Below, piece after piece: positions 63,550 to 64,000 of a stretch of 64,000 nucleotides of DNA. Both the position numbers and the translations under genes were made by a program. Each line of letters begins with the position of its first letter. Within the stretch, counting starts at the first letter, position 1. Under the pieces are notes generated by a model. The model saw nothing but the letters and a program-made list of their open reading frames with translations. It did not search any database and was not told the DNA's origin. This stretch comes from Ginglymostoma cirratum (taxonomy: Eukaryota), in assembly GCA_024137785.1 (NCBI GenBank), contig JAHRHZ010000218.1:31684574-31748573 (forward strand), given 5' to 3'.

Positions 63550-64000
63550 ATTCCCAGAATTGTTACCGTGCACAAGGAGGCTATTCAGCCCATTGTATAT
63601 GCACTGGCTGTCTGAACATTTTTGATTTAGTAGTAATCTCCAGCCTTTTTCCCAGCAACCCTGCAATTGTTTCTATTTAAATAATCATCCAGCACCCTCA
63701 ACTGAACCTGCCTCCACTACACCTCCAGGCAGTGCATTACAGACCCTATATGCTCATTATATGAAAAGGTTTTTTTTTCACCTTGCATTTGCTTCTTTTG
63801 CAAAACATTTAAAACTGTTCCCTCTTGTTCTCTATCCATTTACAAGCAGGAACAATTTCTCCCTATAGAGGTAACAAGGTGTAGAGCTGGATGAACACAG
63901 CAGGCCAAGCAGCATCAGAGGAGCAGAGTTTTGGGCCTAGACCCTTCTTCAGAAAACAATTTCTCCCTATCCACTTTGTGCAGACCACTCGTGATTTTGA
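63550..64000 (-). mobile_element. CR1 3' fragment (runs off the window) hosting a PLE micro-insertion
   Basis: GGAGGCTATTCAGCCCA..CCTCCACTACACCTCCAGGCAGTGCATTACAGA. Confidence 0.75.
63867..63954 (-). mobile_element. 88-bp PLE family-A tail micro-insertion, 16-bp TSD
   Basis: Minus strand TTCTGAAGAAGGGTCTAGGCCCAAAAC..; AACAATTTCTCCCTAT at 63851-63866 and 63955-63970. Confidence 0.9.

Overview
This is vertebrate non-coding DNA, almost certainly from a cartilaginous fish. HE1-type V-SINEs, Deu-domain SINEs and HER1/CR1 LINEs point to a shark; the genus cannot be proven from the sequence. I found no host protein-coding exon I can support, and the ORF-track ORFs I can recognise are fragments of retroelements. 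The window is a mosaic of 5'-truncated CR1 LINEs, a second CR1/L2-group LINE, several tRNA-derived SINE families and Penelope-like elements (PLEs). The most striking structure is a PLE/hammerhead-ribozyme system. A Neptune-type PLE (RT C-terminus, Cys-rich linker and GIY-YIG endonuclease, 14068-15572) ends in a tail carrying a minimal type-I hammerhead (CUGAUGA-stem II-GAAAC-GUC). That tail, and the tail of a second PLE family, recur as non-coding insertions from 50 bp upward, often as head-to-head foldbacks and usually flanked by 12-16 bp target-site duplications (TSDs). At least four distinct hammerhead families are present. One of them (8571-8613) has a predicted tail-to-loop-II pseudoknot. 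Both 400-N assembly gaps fall inside such foldbacks. Boundaries of old repeats are approximate; TSD and ribozyme coordinates were read base by base.
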